DNA of 64,000 nt from Bacteroidales bacterium. GTDB lineage: Bacteria > Bacteroidota > Bacteroidia > Bacteroidales > GCA-2748055. The position numbers and the translations under genes are program-made. Shown one piece after another: positions 10,460-20,662 of this stretch. A model generated the notes under the pieces. It saw nothing but the letters and a program-made list of their open reading frames with translations, was not told the DNA's origin and did no database searches. Each line of letters opens with the position of its first letter. Positions within the stretch are counted from its first letter, which is position 1. Location: positions 5,560 to 69,559 of the forward strand of contig JBBDUV010000080.1 in assembly GCA_040903745.1 (NCBI GenBank), written 5' to 3'.

Positions 10460-10625
10460 TTATTGGTTATAATTATAATTACGATTTTTTGTTCTTTTTA
10501 CTGTTCCTTCTTCATTATATACAGCACTATATATATGCCTGTGCATAATTCACAGCGCTTTGCGCTAATACCAATCTTCCGGTGAAAAAACTTAAAAATA
10601 CCAGTAGTGCTAATTTGTAATTCAT
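10460..10625 (-). pseudogene. Heavily deleted gene remnant (signal peptide fused out of frame to a GH43-like C-terminal tail)
   Basis: Hand translation gives MNYKLALLVFLSFFTGRLVLAQSAVNYAQAYI*. A second frame reads ...HRHIYSAVYNEEGTVKRT..., resembling the GH43 tail ICHDELFYNADGTIKEV of ORF 14869..15807. Confidence 0.3.
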
Positions 10626-10665
10626 TTTTCCATTGAATAACAGAGACATTGAAACAAGCATCGTC

Positions 10666-11877
10666 TTAAATTTTTGCTATTTTACTTCCTCCCGACATAC
10701 GCAACATTACAACACCATGAGCAGGAACAACTTTATCGAAATTCTTATCTGTTTTTCCTAAGTTTTTATGTTCCCACAAATCTCTCATTTCCCAATCATT
10801 ATCTATATAAAACTTTTCTCCACGATGCGTGATGCGATACTTTTGCCAGTCGAAATCGAGTTTTATTTCTTTGTCTGAGCGGTTTAAAAAACAAACAGCT
10901 AATTCGTCCTCCGAAAGGAATTTAACCCATATTTCCAAATCGCCGAAATCGATGTATCGGAATCCCTGGTATCCCAATGGATTCTGGTTAATTGCAATCA
11001 CTTCTTCATTCGTAAAAATCTCTATGGTTTTATCACTCATCGATCTCAAATCGCAACCTGCCATAAGTGGAGCCGCCATCATGCTCCATAAACTAAACTG
11101 TGTTTTATATTCTTCAAATGTTTGAGCACCGTTTCCTATTTCCAGCATATCCGGATCGTTCCAATGACCTGGTTTAGCATATTTCCAAAGATTTTCATTT
11201 AGGTCAACAATTTGCATTGTTCCTGAGAAATTAGGTTCAAGGGTACAATCAAAGCAATCGCGAATATCTCCGGTAGTACGATACAAATGGCCAATATTGT
11301 CAGGCCACGTCCATGGCTGATTGGTTCCCCATTCACAGATACTTAAAACAATGGGGCGTCCACATGCTCTTAATGCTTTGCTCATAGTAGTATAAGAGGC
11401 TTGCGCATTTAATTCTCCGTGGTTACACCAATCATATTTAAGATAATCTACACCCCATTGGGCAAATGTCCTGGCATCCTGGAATTCATGACCGCGACTA
11501 CCTGGCCTACCCTGACAGGTCAGATCACCGGCACAAGAGTATATCCCGAATTTCAATCCCAGTGAATGGACGTAGTCAGAAAGTGCTTTAATTCCCGATG
11601 GAAAGCGCACCGGATCGGGCATCAATTCGCCATTTTCATCGCGATCCACTTGCCAGCAATCGTCAATTACAACATATTGATATCCGGCATCCTTCATGCC
11701 TGATTCAGACATGGCATCCGCGATTTCCATCACCAGCACTTCATTAATTTCACATCTGAATTTATTCCAGCTGTTCCATCCCATAGGTGGAGTTCTTGCG
11801 AGTTCATCAAAGGATTGGCTTAGGCCTGAAAAAGAGGAAAAAATGGCGAGCAAAAGGAGAATTTTTGTTTTTTTCAT
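10666..11877 (-). CDS. GH27 alpha-galactosidase
   Basis: 403 aa with a signal peptide. Contains PPMGWNSWNKFRCEINE, VVIDDCWQ and WGVDYLKYDWCN (nucleophile region), plus a C-terminal beta-sandwich. Confidence 0.9.
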   Translation of the reverse strand: MKKTKILLLLAIFSSFSGLSQSFDELARTPPMGWNSWNKFRCEINEVLVMEIADAMSESGMKDAGYQYVVIDDCWQVDRDENGELMPDPVRFPSGIKALSDYVHSLGLKFGIYSCAGDLTCQGRPGSRGHEFQDARTFAQWGVDYLKYDWCNHGELNAQASYTTMSKALRACGRPIVLSICEWGTNQPWTWPDNIGHLYRTTGDIRDCFDCTLEPNFSGTMQIVDLNENLWKYAKPGHWNDPDMLEIGNGAQTFEEYKTQFSLWSMMAAPLMAGCDLRSMSDKTIEIFTNEEVIAINQNPLGYQGFRYIDFGDLEIWVKFLSEDELAVCFLNRSDKEIKLDFDWQKYRITHRGEKFYIDNDWEMRDLWEHKNLGKTDKNFDKVVPAHGVVMLRMSGGSKIAKI

Positions 11878-11899
11878 TTTTTCAAAATTTAAGATGTTT

Positions 11900-12498
11900 T
11901 TATTTTACTTTGAAAAAGCCTGTGCCATGAGGGCTTACTTTAACTGTGAATTCGGTTTGTAGTTTACCAATATCCTTTTGTCTCCATAAATCGCGCACCG
12001 CACCTTTCTTGCCAAGTTTCTCTGCTGTAATTGAAATATTTTGTTCCTCATCTTATAAATTGAATAAGGCGACTGCTTTACTGCCATCTTCTAGATCTTT
12101 GGCCCAGATTTCATAACTGCCTTCTTCTTTTTCTACCCTGTATCCCTGCTTGACCAATGGATCCTGGTTTATAGTAAAGTGATAACATAATCACCGCTTT
12201 GCTGTGGAGCCCTGCCTGTTATCCATTCTGTGGTGGCATCGATCTGCACTTCATTCGGCAAACCCTCAGCTGCATATGTTATAGGTTTTATTCCAGAAAC
12301 TGCTACATGGTAAAATACAGGCTTGCCGGGGCGTACACCCAAAACAGAAGCTCCATTAATTTGAGCTTCGTCTTTAGCTGCAGGAGTTAAAATTTCTTTG
12401 CCATTAATTGTGGCATCATATTCTAAAGGTGCATTATTACAAGCAAATAAAATGCATGCTAAACTTAAAAAAAATATGTACTTAACGATTCTTTTCAT
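11900..12498 (-). pseudogene. Alpha-galactosidase (GH27-type) pseudogene lacking the catalytic core
   Basis: The 109-aa ORF is a lipoprotein signal plus an Ig-like domain. After a frameshift comes NQDPLVKQGYRVEKEEGSYEIWAKDLEDGSKAVALFNL*DEEQNISITAEKLGKKGAVRDLWRQKDIGKLQTEFTVKVSPHGTGFFKVK*, a typical GH27 C-terminal domain with an in-frame stop. Confidence 0.7.
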
Positions 12499-12861
12499 CT
12501 TTCTTTTATTAAGTGTAATAATTGTTGTAAAGGTTAATTGTATTCTGAAATTATCTTATAAAATCGTGTATTTATAAAATTTAAATGATGCCGGATTTTT
12601 GATTTAATGATTTTTTTGTTGGATGAATATCAGAAAGTTTCAATCCAATAATCATATCAAGGTAAAAATAGCAACAAAACTTAAAAGCGAAGGTCATTTA
12701 TAGTTCAAATGCTACCATTAATTGTTCCGAGTTCAATATTTACAAAGACAGCTCAGTTCAATAGTAATGATTCGAACTACAGATTTATAGCATCTTGGGC
12801 GATATTATTTATTATATGATGTCTTTCGAACTCTCGAATATGGCTCTTTGGGTATTTCAGT

Positions 12862-14670
12862 TTACCTTTCCAGCAAAACCTTTTTATAAACTGAATTTTG
12901 ATCGAATACGATGTGAGCTATCAATAATTCTTCCGCTTTAAATTTCTCAACATCAATTTCAAAATGCGTTTCAAATGTATTCTCAGAAATCAATAACTGG
13001 CCCCTGGTATTGAATATCTTTATGTGCTTTTCTGAAGTTGATTCAGGTAAATCAAAATGAAGCTTTATAGATGTGGGATTTGGATATACTTTAATAACGC
13101 CGCTCTGCCTGTTAGTCAGAATAGCACCAATGACTTCAGATCCATCAACCAGGACAATACACTGAGCGCTGTAACCGCCATCATTCGTAGTGACTTTAAT
13201 GATGGAATTTCCCATTGAAACTATTGTAAGAAACCCGCTTGAATCCACGGTGGCAACTGAGGTATTTGATGAACTCCAGCTAACTGATTTGTCATCGGCA
13301 TCGTCAGGAAAAACAGTGGCAGTGAACTGGAAGGTTTCACCTGCATGAAATAATATGGAAGGACAATCGTCAATTGCTACACCATTTACTGAAATTACCG
13401 CTTTACTAATTTCGACCTCGCACTGATCGCTAAGCCCTCCATCGTTAGTAGTGACTGTAATTGTTGCCGCTCCATCTGAAATAGCAGTAATCAGACCGCT
13501 TTCATCAACAGTGGCAACTGTGATGTCTGAAGAACTCCAGTTGACAGATGGATCATCTGCATCAGCCGGGGAGACATTGGCAGTTAATTGTTGGGTGTCG
13601 CCAACTGAGAGACCACTGTTTGGGCAGTTGGATAGGTTCACACTACTTACATCAACAGTTTGCTTTACAAACTTAATAGCATCAATGTCAAATCCGGCAC
13701 CATTTACAAATTCCAATTTCAGAATTTTTTTACCGCTGCTTGTTAATAAAATGTTTTCAACACATAGAGAATCACGTTTATCCCATCCCTTATTCTGCAT
13801 TCCGCTGAAGGTGCTAATAATCTCACGACCAAGGCTAACAACCAGGTCACCGGCAGTTTCACCACAAAAATAAAACAGTGAGATATTGTAGTTGCCTGAA
13901 GTTACATCAACAGTGTATTCGAGCCACTCACCACTTTGTGAATGTCCAACAACGTAGCCATTGCTGGCTTCACTATTATTAATAATATCCACATTATCTA
14001 AAGGCCTTTGCGTTGCGTCGCCCTCTTTCGTATCGTCATCATGATAAGCAATACTTTCACCACCTAAATCATAATGTTCAGCTTCTATTGATCCGGGGAT
14101 TGTTCTGTTTGATCCACTATAAGGCTCTTGAACAGGAGGATCACCTCCCTCGACCTTGAAATAGTCTAATCTCATAAGTTCGGTGCCTGTACCCTTGAAG
14201 ACGAGGTAGATGTTTTTATCGCCTACGCTATTTGAGAGTTCACAGTTTAAAGTCTGGTAGTTTGTCCAGCTTCCTGTATTGGGTACCGCACAAGACCCCA
14301 ATAAAGTCCCGGTGGTACTGCCCTCGCGGATTTCTATTATACCGCCATCGGAATTAGCTGAGGAAACACGAAAACTTATAGGTGAATTCGCTACCATGTT
14401 CCTGATATTTGGATAGTACAGATATGTATTTTCCCCAAGGTCTCTCAATTCAAATCCGCTTGAATTTTCTCTCTTGCTTGTACCATCGGACGCCGCAAAA
14501 TACCATTCTGCCTGTATTGTCCATTTAGAATCATATTGTCCAACACCGAGGGATGATTGTGCTATAAAATCGTCGAGTACACAATCACCATTGTCTTTAT
14601 AATGAAGGTAGCTTATATTATAATACTCCCCATTTCCTGTACCAAAAATCTGATTTATTAAGTTAAACAT
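12862..14670 (-). CDS. Non-catalytic CBM6/35-like x2 + Big_2 x2 + T9SS C-terminal sorting domain protein (probably N-terminally truncated)
   Basis: Contains TGSWTNYQT...LDYFKV and IEAEHYDLGGESIAYHD...GEWLEYTV...IDAIKF (CBM6-like), two Big_2 repeats (...QQLTANVSPADADDPSVNWSSSD...) and a C-terminal VYPNPT... sorting domain. There is no signal peptide at the annotated start. Confidence 0.65.
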   Translation of the reverse strand: MFNLINQIFGTGNGEYYNISYLHYKDNGDCVLDDFIAQSSLGVGQYDSKWTIQAEWYFAASDGTSKRENSSGFELRDLGENTYLYYPNIRNMVANSPISFRVSSANSDGGIIEIREGSTTGTLLGSCAVPNTGSWTNYQTLNCELSNSVGDKNIYLVFKGTGTELMRLDYFKVEGGDPPVQEPYSGSNRTIPGSIEAEHYDLGGESIAYHDDDTKEGDATQRPLDNVDIINNSEASNGYVVGHSQSGEWLEYTVDVTSGNYNISLFYFCGETAGDLVVSLGREIISTFSGMQNKGWDKRDSLCVENILLTSSGKKILKLEFVNGAGFDIDAIKFVKQTVDVSSVNLSNCPNSGLSVGDTQQLTANVSPADADDPSVNWSSSDITVATVDESGLITAISDGAATITVTTNDGGLSDQCEVEISKAVISVNGVAIDDCPSILFHAGETFQFTATVFPDDADDKSVSWSSSNTSVATVDSSGFLTIVSMGNSIIKVTTNDGGYSAQCIVLVDGSEVIGAILTNRQSGVIKVYPNPTSIKLHFDLPESTSEKHIKIFNTRGQLLISENTFETHFEIDVEKFKAEELLIAHIVFDQNSVYKKVLLER

Positions 14671-14868
14671 TTTCTTTTTTTAAGCTGCTTTTACTTATAA
14701 ATTCACAATATGCGTCATTTAATTATATTTTACTGTTTTATCTTCTTTAACAACCCCGTGACTGCAAACTTTTACATCATCCAATAGTTTTCATTTTACT
14801 GGTAAATTTGACCTGTTAATTAGTATCACACTTAAAAATGAATTCGCATAAGGATTTTTATACCATTA

Positions 14869-15807
14869 CTATTTAGTGGGTATTACTTCTTTAATCGTTC
14901 CGTCTGCATTGTAAAATAATTCGTCATGGCAAATTGACCGACGAAATGGATGAGGGCTCCCTTCATGTCCCCAACCAAATTTTTCTTCTTTTTCAGGATT
15001 ATTGGTATAATACAAATCGGAATTATGATAGAACATATACCACTGACCTTTGTATTTCGCAATTGAATGATGGTTGGTACCACTGTTCATTCTTCTCAAG
15101 ATAACCCCTTTGTATTTAAAAGGTCCTAAAGGCTTATCGCTCATACAGTAATTAATTTCTCCGCTTGTACCAACGTATGATAGGTAATATTTGCCATTAT
15201 ATTTGTGCATCCAGGCAGCCTCAAAAAAGTCATCGGTACCCTCCAGAAGGTGCACTTCTCCATCATACGAAATCATATCTTCATTCAGTTTAATGGCATT
15301 AACGACAAGTTGTCCCATATAAAGATATGCCTGACCATCATCATCAATAAAAACTCCCGGATCAATAAAATCTCTGTTGCAAACTACACCTTTTGAATTT
15401 GTATGAATTAGCGCCGAGTCTAACGGATCTTTAAACGGCCCATAGGGTTTATCACTAACAGCTACACCAATTTTGCTTTGTTCTACCGGGTAATAAAAAT
15501 AGTATTTCCCATTTCGCTCTATGCAATCAGGTGCCCACGCCATTGTGCTTGCCCAGCTTAAATTATCCAATGAAAAAGCAACACCATGATCAGTCCAGTT
15601 TTTCATATCTGTAGTAGAGAAAACATGCCAGTCCTGCATATAAAACCAGCTGGCGGTATCCTCATCGTGACTGGGATACACATAAAGTGTATCATTAAAG
15701 AAGCGAGCTGAAGGATCAGCAGTGTACATGTGTTTAATGAACGGATTTTGGGCAAAACTGATATTACAGATCACCAAATTCATTATAAATAAAAGCTTCA
15801 AATTCAT
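14869..15807 (-). CDS. GH43 glycoside hydrolase (arabinofuranosidase/xylosidase-type five-bladed propeller)
   Basis: 312 aa with a signal peptide. NPFIKHMYTADPSARFFNDTLYVYPSHD is the characteristic GH43 N-terminus carrying the catalytic Asp. Confidence 0.85.
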   Translation of the reverse strand: MNLKLLFIMNLVICNISFAQNPFIKHMYTADPSARFFNDTLYVYPSHDEDTASWFYMQDWHVFSTTDMKNWTDHGVAFSLDNLSWASTMAWAPDCIERNGKYYFYYPVEQSKIGVAVSDKPYGPFKDPLDSALIHTNSKGVVCNRDFIDPGVFIDDDGQAYLYMGQLVVNAIKLNEDMISYDGEVHLLEGTDDFFEAAWMHKYNGKYYLSYVGTSGEINYCMSDKPLGPFKYKGVILRRMNSGTNHHSIAKYKGQWYMFYHNSDLYYTNNPEKEEKFGWGHEGSPHPFRRSICHDELFYNADGTIKEVIPTK

Positions 15808-15875
15808 ATTTAATTATCTTAAAAATTATAGCAACTACATACGCTCATTTTATTATTCGCTTTTTTTTATACATA

Positions 15876-16007
15876 TCATCTGGTATGTTTTACCATTTTT
15901 ATGGTACCATCCTCATTGTAGTATAAGCTGTTATAACATGTTATTCTTCCCTGAGCTTCCTTATGAATAGGATACTCTTCAAAGGATTTGTTGTAATTTC
16001 TTCCCAT
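15876..16007 (-). pseudogene. 43-aa remnant resembling a GH43 C-terminus
   Basis: Hand translation MGRNYNKSFEEYPIHKEAQGRITCYNSLYYNEDGTIKMVKHTR*. Compare RRSICHDELFYNADGTIKEVIPTK at the end of ORF 14869..15807. Confidence 0.3.
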
Positions 16008-16052
16008 AATTTTTTAATTTCTTGTTAAATTAAATAGTTGATTATAGCCTTG

Positions 16053-16192
16053 TTATTTATGCTCAATGATTGCATCAATCAGTGCCGAAATCCGGGTTTC
16101 CATATCCAGTTCGCTGTTTAACCAGCTTTTATCCGGGCTTTCAGCCCTAATGAAACGAAAATCGCAAAAACTCCAAATACTAACTTTTTCAT
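16053..16192 (-). pseudogene. Remnant of an N-terminus (signal peptide + GH3/GH2-like leader helix motif), frameshifted and truncated
   Basis: Reads MKKLVFGVFAIFVSLGL..., then in another frame RAESPDKSWLNSELDMETRISALIDAIIEHK*. No downstream coding continuation. Confidence 0.25.
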
Positions 16193-16241
16193 AAACACAC
16201 TATTTTAAATTTATTTCTTTGGGCAATTATTTAATAGCTGA

Positions 16242-17828
16242 TTATTCGAAGGGCTTTTCTTCTTTATCACCCGGATTCACCCAACCTGTATTGTTAATGG
16301 TAAACTCTCCGGCCATAAAACGTTCATAGTAATTCCATGCTCTTTCTTCTGAATAATCATAGGTATTGAAAATATCACCATTCCCAAACATGCGCGGGTC
16401 TTGCTGTTCTTTTAACATTGTTTCCATTCGCGTTTTCATTTTGGCTTTCAGTTCTGCATATTCCGGATTGTTAGCCAGGTTGTTCATGCATTCCTCATCT
16501 TTGGTAATATTGAAAAATTCTTCATTTGATTCACGTTTTCCCATAGAAAGTTTCCAGTAGAAGTCATTTTCACCCGACCTGAAAAGCCGTAAAATTTCAG
16601 TTTTGGTAGGTGACCCGTCAATATCGAGGTAGCCAATTTCGGGGTTTCCGGCCGGCCAAAGCGAAATATCATAATTGTACAGGTACATGTAATCATCAGA
16701 AATAATACCTCTTATCGGGAAACCCTGGTTTTTAGGACGACTGTAATCATGTCTTTCTTTTCCGATAAGAACAATATCTCTTTCAAAATTCACCTGACCG
16801 TCTTTTTCTGAATAAAGAATATCGGTTAGGCTTTTGCCCGGAGAACTTTGCATGCCTGATTCTTCGAAAGGTATTCCGGCTAATTCTAAAAAAGTTGGCG
16901 CCAAATCAATTAAGCTAACCATGTCTTTTACTGTGCGTCCGGGATTTTTGATACCCTTTGGCCACATTGCTGCCATCGGGACATGATTTGAATACTCATA
17001 TTCCTGAGCTTTTCCGCGGGGGAACGGCATTCCATGGTCTGAAGTTTGAATAATGATTGTATTTTTCAGCAATCCACGCTCTTCGAGTGCTTTAATCATG
17101 CGACCGAGATGCCAGTCGGCGTATTCTATTTCAAGGGCATAATCGAGCATGTCGTTCCGAATGATTTCATTATCGGGCCAGAAAGCAGGGACTGAATCAA
17201 TATCAGAAATTTGTTTGTTTTTTACCCGGTTTCCTGATCCATATTCATACCGGCGATGTGGCTCGCGTGCACCATACCAGAAAAACCAGGGCTGACCTTC
17301 TTCTACAGTTTCCAAAAAGGCTTCAAAGTTGGCGGCATAGTCTTCGTTGCTCATTCCTTTTGCCCAGGGTTGCATTTTAATATCACCAAATTCCTGATCA
17401 ATGAATTTTCTTAACTCACCGTCAATAAATCCCGGATGACCTGGCCCCCAGACTTTACCTGTAAATGCCGTTAAGTAACCATGCTCGCGCAACACTTCAG
17501 GAAAAGTTTTAAATTTTGCCGGAAAATTCAGCACGTGGTTTGCCGCTTCTTCCAATTGCCATGAATTACGCCCTGTTAATACGCTGGATCTCGAAGGAGC
17601 ACATTTCGCGTTAGGAGTATAAGTATTTGTAAATAAAATTCCATTCTCTGCCAACCTTTCGAAAGCAGGTGTTTCGACCCAATCGTAACCATACGCACTC
17701 ATGTGCATGCCGGCATCATCCATGATGCAGAAAAGGATGTTTGGTTTTTTATTTTCGTTTACAACGGATGATTGTTTGCAACCTCCAACTATTATAGTCA
17801 GCGCTATTAAAAATAAGTTTAGTTTCAT
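16242..17828 (-). CDS. S1 formylglycine-dependent sulfatase (lipoprotein)
   Basis: 528 aa. Signal ends GGC. Contains NILFCIMDDAG...NAKCAPSRSSVLTGR (CxPxR) and a downstream SDHG motif. Confidence 0.9.
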   Translation of the reverse strand: MKLNLFLIALTIIVGGCKQSSVVNENKKPNILFCIMDDAGMHMSAYGYDWVETPAFERLAENGILFTNTYTPNAKCAPSRSSVLTGRNSWQLEEAANHVLNFPAKFKTFPEVLREHGYLTAFTGKVWGPGHPGFIDGELRKFIDQEFGDIKMQPWAKGMSNEDYAANFEAFLETVEEGQPWFFWYGAREPHRRYEYGSGNRVKNKQISDIDSVPAFWPDNEIIRNDMLDYALEIEYADWHLGRMIKALEERGLLKNTIIIQTSDHGMPFPRGKAQEYEYSNHVPMAAMWPKGIKNPGRTVKDMVSLIDLAPTFLELAGIPFEESGMQSSPGKSLTDILYSEKDGQVNFERDIVLIGKERHDYSRPKNQGFPIRGIISDDYMYLYNYDISLWPAGNPEIGYLDIDGSPTKTEILRLFRSGENDFYWKLSMGKRESNEEFFNITKDEECMNNLANNPEYAELKAKMKTRMETMLKEQQDPRMFGNGDIFNTYDYSEERAWNYYERFMAGEFTINNTGWVNPGDKEEKPFE

Positions 17829-17830
17829 TG

Positions 17831-19210
17831 TTATTTCTTTTTAAAATGAATAAATATGACATCGTTTCCTGGAATTTTAAAAATAATTTCATCTGAGTCG
17901 TCAATTATTCTTTTTCCCCAGATAGCGTAGAGGTGATAAGAAAAGGATTTGTCCAGGCCAAGCTCTTCTTTATCCAATTTGATTAATTCCATATATGAAT
18001 TACGGTTGAAAACACCAAGCCAGCCTTCGTTTTCATTGGTTTTGTTGGGTGTTTTCCAAACATCCACTTTTTCAGCATAAGTATCGACTCTTGTAACCAA
18101 TTCACCGGTCACTCCGTTTTGATTGCATGCGAGCATATCTTCATTGGTTATTAATTCAAACACAATTTTGGGTGAAGTTGTTAATGCACCACCCATAAAA
18201 AGCGGAGAAGCCGCCATGGCACGCTGCGTTATAAAGGTTTTTTTCTGCGCATAACTGAAATTGTCCATTCGTTCATAACCCCGTCCCGAACTTAACTTAT
18301 TTTTGGTAACCGGGTAGTTTACCCTGATATGACCAAAGGGAATCATGTCCATGTCGAGCCAGAATCCTTTCTCGGCATACGGTAATATTTCTTCCCAACG
18401 ATCAAATGAAATATCAATATCTTCCTGTAAATCCCAGATATCACGCGAAATCCGAATCATTTCAGCTCTTGCGTAGGTTGAATAATATTCAGGATTAATA
18501 TCATTGCCCGGAGAAATACTCAACACAATATCCAGTCCGGTTTTTTCAAGTGCATCGGCAACTGCATTGATTTCGCGGGGTTTGTGCACAATGTCATCGT
18601 ATTTTATAAAATCCACACCCCAACTGGCAAGCAGTTCCAACACGCTGTTGTAATATTCCTGAGCGCCGGGTTTATCCATATCAACGCCATACATCAGCGA
18701 ACTCCAGTTGCAGGTATCGTTTACGTTGGCAATATCCCGGGCAGAATAATTCGTTCCTTTTACAGGAAGGTTTTTCTCCACTGCTTCGCGGGGAATGCCA
18801 CGCATCATGTGTAATCCGAATTTTATACCGTGTTGATGGGCTTTGTCGATAATCTCTTTTAAACCATTCGGGAACAATACTTCGGAAGGAACGAACCTTC
18901 CGTAATCATCAATATTCAAATAACTTTTATCGCCATCGGTTGGCCACTGTTCACCGGGCTTTAAATCGAAGTGCCTGAACCAGCCGGCATCGAGCACAAA
19001 ATATTCGTATCCGTAAGGTTTTAGTTTCTCGATAAATGCATCAAGATTCTCATGGGTTAGTTTTTCGTTAATATGAGAACCGTAACAGTCGTAACTGTTC
19101 CACCCCAGCACCGGCGCAGATGTTTTATTGGTGTATTGTGCATTTGTGCTGCCATTTGCCAGCATCAGCGAAATGAGTATTAAAACTGAAATGAAATAAT
19201 GTTTTTGCAT
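17831..19210 (-). CDS. GH27-like (clan GH-D, Melibiase_2-type) alpha-galactosidase-like hydrolase
   Basis: 459 aa. Contains LGWNSYDCYG, FVLDAGWF and WGVDFIKYDD. Paralog of 36115..37542 and 63576..64000. Confidence 0.75.
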   Translation of the reverse strand: MQKHYFISVLILISLMLANGSTNAQYTNKTSAPVLGWNSYDCYGSHINEKLTHENLDAFIEKLKPYGYEYFVLDAGWFRHFDLKPGEQWPTDGDKSYLNIDDYGRFVPSEVLFPNGLKEIIDKAHQHGIKFGLHMMRGIPREAVEKNLPVKGTNYSARDIANVNDTCNWSSLMYGVDMDKPGAQEYYNSVLELLASWGVDFIKYDDIVHKPREINAVADALEKTGLDIVLSISPGNDINPEYYSTYARAEMIRISRDIWDLQEDIDISFDRWEEILPYAEKGFWLDMDMIPFGHIRVNYPVTKNKLSSGRGYERMDNFSYAQKKTFITQRAMAASPLFMGGALTTSPKIVFELITNEDMLACNQNGVTGELVTRVDTYAEKVDVWKTPNKTNENEGWLGVFNRNSYMELIKLDKEELGLDKSFSYHLYAIWGKRIIDDSDEIIFKIPGNDVIFIHFKKK

Positions 19211-19222
19211 AATATGATATTT

Positions 19223-20662
19223 TTATTCATCTACTTTCAGGGAATATTCCTTTTTATGATTTTGGTAATATGTAATCAGCGAATCAATTACCGCTTTATA
19301 CTGAGGGTTGCAACTTACATTTATATATTCCTGCGGATCGATTATATGGTCATACAACTCAAAAGATTCCGGATCCAAATCCGTGTCGGTATTCAATCTG
19401 TAACGCTCTGTCTGCACCGATACCCTTTTGGGAGTTCCCCAGGTAAAAGCAGCTTTTTTCCAGGGCAATGAAGGATTATTCAATAACGGTACAAAACTTT
19501 TTCCTTCCACATGTTCTGGTATGGATATATTACACAAGTCGAAAAGTGTTGGGAATAAATCAATGGATTCCACTACACTTTCCGAGATTACACCTTCGGG
19601 AGTTAAACCGGGAACTTTCCAGATAAACCCTACGTTAGCGGTCTCTTCAAATAACTTATTACCCCCTTTTGAAAACTGAAAATGTTCACCCAGTAAAAAT
19701 CCATGATCAGTCCAGATTACAACCGCAGTATTTTCATCTAAATTGTTATCTATCAAGGCCTGTAGAATCTGACCTATACACCAGTCAACATAACTGATGC
19801 AGGCAAACTGAGCTCTTTTTATTTCGCGCCACTCGGTTGAATCCATAACTTCAAAAACGAGAGCCTTTTTATTAATTGCCGGGATATCATACAAATCGTT
19901 CAAAGGATTGTCAGGAAGTTCAATATCATTCACATCATAAAGATCAAAGAACTGTTTGGGTGCGGCGAATTTAACGTGAGGGGCATGAAAACCAACTGCG
20001 AGAAAAAAGGGTTTTTCATGTCTTTCAGCCAGATAATCGGACGCTACCGTGGCATAATGGCCATCGCGAAATTCTCCCGGGTCGCAGTCCACAGGCCCCC
20101 ATTGTAAATCAGTTTCAAAATATCCACCGCCTGCTACAGTATCCAGCTCGTCCAAAACCTCCATAACTTCCGGATGATAAGAGCTTAACATTTTCCGGCC
20201 TTCAACGGGTGTTTGAAGTTCCCTGCTCCAGCTTTCAGGATGTTCCATTTGATGATGAAACATTTTCCCAACCCATACTGCTTCATACCCATTATTATGA
20301 AAATGTTTTGGCATGGTAGCCTGTATTTTTGGCAATGTCATTTCTTTCCATTTGTGTTGATTTCCAAAGACTCCTGAAGTTGGAGGTCGTAACCCGGTAA
20401 ACAGCGATGTGCGGCTGGGATTACATACCGGCCCTGCACAAAACGCATTCTTAAAAATTACCCCTTCGCTTGCCAAAGCATCAATATTCGGGGTTATTGC
20501 CTTGCCTCCGTAACTCCCGAAATGTTTGGGGCTAAAATCTTCAATTGCAATGAATACAACGTTTGGTTTTGAGGGGGTTTTCTTTTCTACTGCAAATAAT
20601 GGTTTAAATAACACAAGCGTGAGCAGTGAAAATACAAATAAGTGTAATTTTAATTTTTTCAT
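19223..20662 (-). CDS. S1 sulfatase
   Basis: Contains NVVFIAIEDFSP...GPVCNPSRTSLFTGLR. I place the start at the internal Met (MKKLKLHLFVFSLLTLVLF signal peptide, ATG at 20660-20662) rather than the ORF-track start at 20818. Confidence 0.85.
   Translation of the reverse strand: MKKLKLHLFVFSLLTLVLFKPLFAVEKKTPSKPNVVFIAIEDFSPKHFGSYGGKAITPNIDALASEGVIFKNAFCAGPVCNPSRTSLFTGLRPPTSGVFGNQHKWKEMTLPKIQATMPKHFHNNGYEAVWVGKMFHHQMEHPESWSRELQTPVEGRKMLSSYHPEVMEVLDELDTVAGGGYFETDLQWGPVDCDPGEFRDGHYATVASDYLAERHEKPFFLAVGFHAPHVKFAAPKQFFDLYDVNDIELPDNPLNDLYDIPAINKKALVFEVMDSTEWREIKRAQFACISYVDWCIGQILQALIDNNLDENTAVVIWTDHGFLLGEHFQFSKGGNKLFEETANVGFIWKVPGLTPEGVISESVVESIDLFPTLFDLCNISIPEHVEGKSFVPLLNNPSLPWKKAAFTWGTPKRVSVQTERYRLNTDTDLDPESFELYDHIIDPQEYINVSCNPQYKAVIDSLITYYQNHKKEYSLKVDE

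Noticed and set aside
13451-13873. A 140-aa plus-strand ORF, with similar antisense ORFs at 39661..40080 and 40393..40638
   Set aside because: They lie antisense to Big_2 repeat regions of real minus-strand genes. The Ser/Thr/Val-rich translations have no domain features. I treat them as shadow ORFs.
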